The notes under the pieces: generated by a model | Told to the model about the DNA's origin: nothing | The model's input: only the letters and a program-made list of their open reading frames with translations | Database searches by the model: none | Shown here: positions 57,906-64,000 of the stretch, in pieces | How positions within the stretch are numbered: the stretch's first letter is position 1 | How the letters are laid out: every line of letters begins with the position of its first letter | Program-made: the position numbers and the translations under genes | NCBI GenBank assembly: GCA_050011565.1 | Contig: JBEKIW010000005.1 | Location: 1-64,000 of the forward strand | Direction of reading: 5' to 3' | From: Dehalococcoidia bacterium | Lineage (GTDB): Bacteria > Chloroflexota > Dehalococcoidia > GIF9 > UBA5629 | Length of the DNA stretch: 64,000 bases

Positions 57906-58538
57906 TTACCAAGAGCCGCTTTGTTTTTCCTGCCACAAACGCGTTACGGCACATTTAACAGTCTCATAGTTAAAACCGCGCCGCCGCAGATAATCATATA
58001 AGCGGCGGCGGAAATCATCATAATCGGAACCAGACAGCCGGCGTGCCTTCCTTAGCCCGGCCTCATAAACGTAATTTTCATCATCTAAATTCTTCACTGC
58101 CTCGTTAGCCGTCTCGGCAGTCACGCCCTTTTGTCTGAGCTCAAGCTTAATCAATCTTCCACTTCTAGGACTGAATGACAGGCGATTATTCCGCCAATAT
58201 TCGGAGAAGGCTACATCGTCAATAAGCCGACGCTCTTTTAACTTAAAAATGACCTCTTCGATGACCTTATTGTCGAAACTTCGACGTCGCAGCCGTTGTC
58301 TTACTTCATTTTCACTGCGAGGACGATAGCTGAGATAATGCAAAGCCGCGTCGAAACAACTCTTAAAAAGGTTCGCCTCTTTCAGCTCCTCAATCTGGTC
58401 TGCCGACAGGTGCCGGCCAACTTCGAGGCGGTTGGTTACTGCCAGTTCATCAGCTAGAGTAAAGGAAAATAAGCCGTCAACATAGATGTTTACTTGTTTT
58501 TTAGCATCATTTGACCGCAGAGCCGTAATAGTCCCCAC
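57906..58538 (-). CDS. recX: Regulatory protein RecX
   Basis: LSYRPRSE.E, ELRQKGV, LRRRGF; downstream of recA. Confidence 0.92.
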   Translation of the reverse strand: MGTITALRSNDAKKQVNIYVDGLFSFTLADELAVTNRLEVGRHLSADQIEELKEANLFKSCFDAALHYLSYRPRSENEVRQRLRRRSFDNKVIEEVIFKLKERRLIDDVAFSEYWRNNRLSFSPRSGRLIKLELRQKGVTAETANEAVKNLDDENYVYEAGLRKARRLSGSDYDDFRRRLYDYLRRRGFNYETVKCAVTRLWQEKQSGSW

Positions 58539-58587
58539 TTGAACTTCCTCTGCTCCGGGTAATAAGGATATAGAAGAGCCGGCGGTA

Positions 58588-59625
58588 TTATTCGGAGACT
58601 TCTTTTACTTCGGCGTTTGGACTTGGCACAGTGCTTGCCGCCGTTCTTATCTCTTGCTCAATTTTAGAAGCCAGGTCTTGATGTTGCATCAGGTAGTCTC
58701 TGGCATTTTCCCGTCCCTGGCCCAACTTCAGGTCGCCGTAAGTGAAAAAAGTACCCGCTTTTTTTACAACTCCCAGAGCCACTCCTAAATCGATAATGTC
58801 ACCTTCCTTGCTTATGCCATACTTACCCCGTTTAAACATTATGTCAAATTCAGCCGACCGGAAAGGAGGCGCTGTTTTATTCTTTACTATCCTGGCCCGG
58901 ACCCTGGTGCCTACTACGTCAGAACCCTGTTTGATAGAATCGATTCGTCTCAAATCAATTCTCACAGAGCTATAGAATTTTAACGCCCTTCCACCCGGAG
59001 TAACCTCCGGGCTACCAAAAATTATGCCCACCTTTTCCCGTAACTGGTTAATGAAGACCACGGCTGTGTGCGATTTGCTAATCGCCGCTACTAATTTCCT
59101 CAACGCCTGAGACATCAACCGCGCTTGCAAGCCCACATGTATATCACCCATATCTCCCTCTATCTCGGCACGAGGTACCAGCGCAGCTACACTGTCAATT
59201 ACTATCACGTCAACAGCCCCACTCCTCACCAGTTCTTCAGTGATACCCAAAGCTTCCTCTCCATCGTCAGGCTGTGATATGCGCAAATCATCGATGTTGA
59301 CCCCACAATTAGCCGCGTATGCCGTATCGAGAGCATGTTCCGCATCTACGTAAACGGCAATGCCTCCCAGTTTTTGAGCCTCAGCAATGATATGCTGGCC
59401 AAGAGTAGTCTTACCCGAAGCCTCAGCGCCGAAAATTTCAGTAACACGACCTCGAGGAATACCACCTATACCTAAAGCTAAATCCAAACCCAATGAGCCG
59501 GTGGGAATAGCTTCTGTCGTCATTCTCGCCGATATCTCACCCAACTTCATAATGGAACCTTGACCGAATTGTTTTTCAATACGACTTATGGCCAGTTCCA
59601 GTGCCTTTTCTTTCTCTGAAGCCAT
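58588..59625 (-). CDS. recA: Recombinase RecA
   Basis: [25 protein letters not shown]; AGGAGG SD. Confidence 0.97.
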   Translation of the reverse strand: MASEKEKALELAISRIEKQFGQGSIMKLGEISARMTTEAIPTGSLGLDLALGIGGIPRGRVTEIFGAEASGKTTLGQHIIAEAQKLGGIAVYVDAEHALDTAYAANCGVNIDDLRISQPDDGEEALGITEELVRSGAVDVIVIDSVAALVPRAEIEGDMGDIHVGLQARLMSQALRKLVAAISKSHTAVVFINQLREKVGIIFGSPEVTPGGRALKFYSSVRIDLRRIDSIKQGSDVVGTRVRARIVKNKTAPPFRSAEFDIMFKRGKYGISKEGDIIDLGVALGVVKKAGTFFTYGDLKLGQGRENARDYLMQHQDLASKIEQEIRTAASTVPSPNAEVKEVSE

Positions 59626-59701
59626 CTCTTTCCTCCTGTACAACCAAACGCATCATAGCATACGTATTATGCCAACACAACCTGCACCGAAACGGTTTTA
59701 T

Positions 59702-60436
59702 TTACAGCGGCGGAACAGGTGGCAGGCAGCGCTTATGCATGCTCCGGCTAATCTTAAAATCAATCTTTTCTTTAATTTTCGGCTTAGCTTTACCTGTGAT
59801 CAAGTAACGGTCCAGTTCATCATAGGTCAAGCCGAGCTCTGCTTCATCCGTCTGCCCATCCCACAAACCTGCCGAAGGCGGCTTGTCGATGATTTCTCTA
59901 GGTATATCTAAATACTCAGCCAGCTCTCGCACTTGCCTTTTTGCCAGGTTACCCAAAGGTATGAGGTCTGAGCCGCCGTCGCCATGCTTGGTAAAATAAC
60001 CAACCGATAACTCGCTTTTATTGCTGGAACCTACCACTAGATAATTTAGGCGGTTAGCCAAATAGTAAAGGGTGACCATCCGCAGCCTGGGTTTGATATT
60101 ATTTTCCGCTAGCTTCCTTGTGGTCGCATCATAACCTTCATCCGGCAAAGCATTAATCAAGGCATCGAATACTTCATTAAGAATAACGATTTTTACGGGT
60201 ATATTAAACTTATCAGCCACAAGCTCTGCATGCTCTCTATCGATGTCGCAACTGTGGCAGGGCATAATCACCCCCAAAGTTGCCTCAGGAAAAGCACGCT
60301 TACACATTACTGCGGCTACCGAAGAATCAATCCCACCGCTCATCCCCAGGACTACCCCTTTACCACCAGATGACGCGACCGTATTACCAATCCATGAAAT
60401 CAGCTTTTGCGCAAGTTCCTGAATTGAAGCCTGCAT
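59702..60436 (-). CDS. nadE: NH3-dependent NAD+ synthetase
   Basis: SGGIDS, RLRM, GYFTKHGDG, KPPSAGLW.GQTDE. Confidence 0.93.
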   Translation of the reverse strand: MQASIQELAQKLISWIGNTVASSGGKGVVLGMSGGIDSSVAAVMCKRAFPEATLGVIMPCHSCDIDREHAELVADKFNIPVKIVILNEVFDALINALPDEGYDATTRKLAENNIKPRLRMVTLYYLANRLNYLVVGSSNKSELSVGYFTKHGDGGSDLIPLGNLAKRQVRELAEYLDIPREIIDKPPSAGLWDGQTDEAELGLTYDELDRYLITGKAKPKIKEKIDFKISRSMHKRCLPPVPPL

Positions 60437-60437
60437 C

Positions 60438-60680
60438 CTAGCTGCCCCCACTCTTTTTTTCATCGGCTAGTGGAACGGCGAATTGCCTTAGCTTCGCCGC
60501 CATATCTTTCAACTTTTTATCAACTTTATAGTTGATGCTGCCCTCCGGATAGGTGCCATCTTCTTTTTCCTCACCTACGTCTATATCGGTAAGGACCTCT
60601 ATTCCTTCGTCAACACTGCTCGCGGCATATACATGAAGTTTCCCTTGCTTTACCGCATCAGTAACTTCTTCCCGTAACAT
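60438..60680 (-). pseudogene. C-terminal remnant of a LonC-type ATP-dependent protease
   Basis: (L)MLREEV.DAV..GK.HVY...VDEGIEVLT...G.YPEGSIN. Confidence 0.7.
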
Positions 60681-60844
60681 AAGCGATCATGAACTCTGCT
60701 CATAGTGGAATAATCCTATTATACTACACCTTAGACGAAACTAGAGCACTTTATGTTAGATATTTTTAACGAAGGACTCTTACTAGGTGGGCGGTAGTTT
60801 GACGCAGCAATATTTCTTAGGTAAACTTCTAATCGGAGTGCAAT

Positions 60845-61081
60845 ATGCCCATTTATGAATATATATGTCCTGAATGTTCGTGCAAATTTGAATTGTTGCG
60901 CTCCTTAAACAAAGCCAACGAAGGTGCTTCCTGTCCTAAATGTCAGCACCACGCTAAACGGGTTTTTTCTCGCTTCGCTTCGTTTTCCAAGGGCGACAAT
61001 GGCGAATCCACACCGATAGCTGGCACCGGCGGCTCATGCTCCGGTTGCACCTCTTCCAGTTGCAGCAGCTGCAACGTATAG
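60845..61081 (+). CDS. FmdB-family zinc-ribbon protein
   Basis: MPIYEYICPEC...CPKC, Cys/Ser tail. Confidence 0.88.
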   Translation: MPIYEYICPECSCKFELLRSLNKANEGASCPKCQHHAKRVFSRFASFSKGDNGESTPIAGTGGSCSGCTSSSCSSCNV

Positions 61082-61120
61082 ACTAGCCCTAACTTCCGAA
61101 TACCATCCGTTTGGTTAACT

Positions 61121-61807
61121 CTACGTCTTTCGGCCCGTTAACCTCAGGACACCCCAGGCGATACCGCCAATAAGCAAGGCTTCAAAGATAACAACGCCGT
61201 AGCCCAACAAGGCTGCATCGTAGAAAAATCCTTCGGGAAATAATCGAATCAGGTAGTCCCTGGCGGGGTCAAGCATCCAATATTGATTTGAAAAGCTTAC
61301 CAGGTGGAAAAGAATAAAAAATCGCTCGAAGCCAAAGAAGGCCCAAAGAGCCAGGATAATCATCAGTCCCACGGTGACTAAACTACCCCAAAATAAACCT
61401 CTAACCAGCATGCGCCATCCACTCTTGAAGCCAAAGAAGAGTGCCAGAGCGCAGACGGCCATTAATAGAAAAACCACCCTTTGCACCCAATAATCACGCT
61501 GGATTAAATTTTTCACATCCCCAAGATGAATTAGCTCCCGCTCATTAAACAGATTTAGCTTTTCACCACCCTTATCAACCGTAAGCTGCGCTGTATTCGT
61601 CCTCAAATCGAAGTAATCAATCAAATGTTGGGCTACCGTCCGTAATTGCTGGCTATCCAGACCGGTAGCCTGACTTATTTCATATTTATTGAAGCCATAT
61701 TCATAAAGCCTGAGTTCATTTACCTCCCAACAAATAGTGCCGGTGACGAGCAGCACCGGCAAGCAACAGGCAAATAACCAGTAGATTATTTTTTTTACGA
61801 CTTTCAC
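61121..61807 (-). CDS. TIGR01906/DUF1461 integral membrane protein
   Basis: HLGDVK, FHLVSFSN.YW, LIRLFPEGFF. Confidence 0.85.
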   Translation of the reverse strand: MKVVKKIIYWLFACCLPVLLVTGTICWEVNELRLYEYGFNKYEISQATGLDSQQLRTVAQHLIDYFDLRTNTAQLTVDKGGEKLNLFNERELIHLGDVKNLIQRDYWVQRVVFLLMAVCALALFFGFKSGWRMLVRGLFWGSLVTVGLMIILALWAFFGFERFFILFHLVSFSNQYWMLDPARDYLIRLFPEGFFYDAALLGYGVVIFEALLIGGIAWGVLRLTGRKT

Positions 61808-61956
61808 TTCACTCCCCAGAAATTAACATTGATAGTAGCCACTTCCACCATGCTGTGTCAACAAAAAAATTTTCGATTTTTTTCTTGACCTACTGAAGGC
61901 AGTACCCAAAACCCTGTGTTATAATTAGCAGCGAGTGTCTCAATAAAAAGAGCCCT

Positions 61957-64000
61957 ATGTTTACCCATCTTCACGTCCATACCGAGTACAGCTTACTTGA
62001 CGGTCTATGTCGCATTAACCAGGTCATTGCTAAAGCCAAAGAACTGGGCATGACCAGTCTAGCCATCACCGACCACGGGAGCATGCACGGTGTAATCGAA
62101 TTTTACCTGTCGGCTAAAGAAGCCGGAATAAAACCTATTATCGGTTGTGAAACTTATGTTGCTGAAACCAGCCGGCTAAATCGGAATGCCGGAGATAAAA
62201 CACCCAACCATCTGGTCTTGCTCGCCAAAAACCAGCAGGGTTACCATAATCTTATTCAACTGATTACCAAAGCCCATCTCGAAGGTTTCTATTACAAGCC
62301 GAGAGTGGACAAAGAGCTTTTGGCACAATATCATGAAGGACTTATTGCCTTGTCCGCCTGTGCTCACGGCGAGTTGCCTCGTCTTATTCTGGGAGGACAG
62401 CTCGAAGAGGCAGCCACACAAGCTTCATGGTTCAAAAAGACCTTCGACGATTATTATCTGGAAATCCAAAGACACCCCATTCCTGAGCTGGAACAAATCA
62501 ACAAAGGGCTACTTTCGCTGTCTTCGAAACTAGATATACCCATTGTGGCTACCAATGACGTACATTATGTCAATAAGGAAGACTCGTCTAGTCAAGAGTT
62601 ACTGCTCTGTATTCAAACAAATACCTCCATCTACGACGAAAAACGGCTCAAGATGGCGGGCGATTTCTTTTACCTTAAAAGCCAGGATGAAATGGTGGAG
62701 ATGTTTAGGGACCTACCCGAAGCCATACAAAATACGCAGAAAATAGCCGATATGTGCCAGTTAGAGATAGAGTTCGGGCGTCTTCATCTTCCTCAACTGG
62801 ATCTGCCAGGAGGCCAAACAGCGGACGATTACCTGGCTGAACTGTGCCGGCAAGGACTTAAACAACGTTTCCCTTCGGTAACACCAGAAATTCAACAAAG
62901 ACTAGCTTATGAATTAGAGGTCATTAAACAAACGCAGTTTGCCGACTATTTTCTTGTTGTCTGGGACCTCATCTCCTTCGCTAAAAAACAAAACATCCTG
63001 GTCGGTGTTCGAGGCAGCGCTGCAGCCAGTTTAGCTCTTTACTGTTTGGGTATAACTAACATTAATCCTTTAACTAACACGTTGGTATTTGAACGCTTCT
63101 TAAACATTGAGCGCCGCGAGCCGCCTGACATCGACTTAGATTTTCAAGACGACTGCCGGGATAAGATGATAAGCTATGTCACCCAAAAATACGGGCCTGA
63201 CCATGTAGCGCAAATTATCACGTTTGGTACTTTAGGTGCCAGAGCTGCGCTCAGGGATGTAGGCAGGGCTTTGGGTATGCCTTACAGCCAGGTTGACAGA
63301 GTAGCCAGGCTTGTAACCCCCAGACCGAATATAACTCTGGACCAGGCCATGGCTGAAAATAAGGAACTAGATGAAATTTACCACGAAGATAGTGCTATAC
63401 AAAACCTGGTTGATACGGCCAAGAAGTTAGAGGGAGTATCTCGTCATGCCAGTACCCATGCTGCCGGAGTAGTCATATCCAGAGAACCTTTGACGCAATA
63501 TGTGCCGTTACAAAGGGCTGCCAAAGACAACGACCAGGATATGACCATGACTCAGTTCTCTATGGAAAGTGTTGCCCGTCTTGGCCTGCTGAAACTTGAT
63601 TTTTTGGGACTGGCTAATCTTACCCTCTTAGCTAAAGCGCGAGAAATCATCGCCGAGAATCGCGGCATCACCATAGACCTGCAGCGTATACCGCTAGACG
63701 ATGTGGCGACCTTCCAATTGCTGACATCTGGAGAAACAGGCGGTATCTTCCAATTAGAAAGCGCTGGTATGCGTCGCTACATAAAGGAACTGAAGCCAAC
63801 CGCCTTCAATGACATCGCGGCTATGGTAGCTCTCTATCGGCCCGGACCGATGGAGCACATACCTACGTTTATTAAAGCAAAACATGGGATCGAATCAACT
63901 CGTTACCCTCATCCGGCCGTTAAGGAGATTCTAGAGGAAACTTACGGCGTCATCGTTTACCAGGACCAGGTACTTCATATAGTTCGAGCTTTAGCCGGCT
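61957..64000 (+). CDS. dnaE: DNA polymerase III alpha subunit (runs off the window)
   Basis: MFTHLHVHTEYSLLDG, ITDHG, RGSAAAS, PDIDLDF, HAAGVV, YRPGPM. Confidence 0.96.
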   Translation, partial: MFTHLHVHTEYSLLDGLCRINQVIAKAKELGMTSLAITDHGSMHGVIEFYLSAKEAGIKPIIGCETYVAETSRLNRNAGDKTPNHLVLLAKNQQGYHNLIQLITKAHLEGFYYKPRVDKELLAQYHEGLIALSACAHGELPRLILGGQLEEAATQASWFKKTFDDYYLEIQRHPIPELEQINKGLLSLSSKLDIPIVATNDVHYVNKEDSSSQELLLCIQTNTSIYDEKRLKMAGDFFYLKSQDEMVEMFRDLPEAIQNTQKIADMCQLEIEFGRLHLPQLDLPGGQTADDYLAELCRQGLKQRFPSVTPEIQQRLAYELEVIKQTQFADYFLVVWDLISFAKKQNILVGVRGSAAASLALYCLGITNINPLTNTLVFERFLNIERREPPDIDLDFQDDCRDKMISYVTQKYGPDHVAQIITFGTLGARAALRDVGRALGMPYSQVDRVARLVTPRPNITLDQAMAENKELDEIYHEDSAIQNLVDTAKKLEGVSRHASTHAAGVVISREPLTQYVPLQRAAKDNDQDMTMTQFSMESVARLGLLKLDFLGLANLTLLAKAREIIAENRGITIDLQRIPLDDVATFQLLTSGETGGIFQLESAGMRRYIKELKPTAFNDIAAMVALYRPGPMEHIPTFIKAKHGIESTRYPHPAVKEILEETYGVIVYQDQVLHIVRALAG

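Noticed and set aside
59626-59701. LexA box upstream of recA
   Set aside because: No GAAC-N4-GTTC-type palindrome visible

Overview
Chromosomal window, most consistent with Dehalococcoidia (Chloroflexota). This lineage call is inferred from gene content and order (tuf-rpmG-secE-nusG-rplKAJL not followed by rpoBC; recA-recX-rny-ymdB) and is not proven. Housekeeping blocks: ribosomal/tuf cluster, 10 tRNAs, transketolase, nadE, recA, rny and a partial dnaE. Between tRNA-Trp and the Leu/Gly/Cys/Leu tRNA cluster lies a ~26 kb redox/stress region (P-type ATPase, two HtrA, cupredoxin, MEDS-PAS kinase plus regulator, SOD, Rieske protein, FixABCX, RpoD-like sigma, Crp/Fnr, peroxiredoxin). Most notable: (1) tRNA-Asn is followed by three further copies of its own 3' end. 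These delimit three 0.8-2 kb integrase-free cassettes carrying a minimal Shedu-like nuclease, a HEPN-membrane fusion and a DUF1254 lipoprotein. A similar single islet sits at tRNA-Leu(TAA). (2) Two regulons can be read directly from the DNA: a five-promoter phased-repeat motif and three Crp-type boxes. (3) There are several short gene remnants. Family names come from motif recognition, not database searches.
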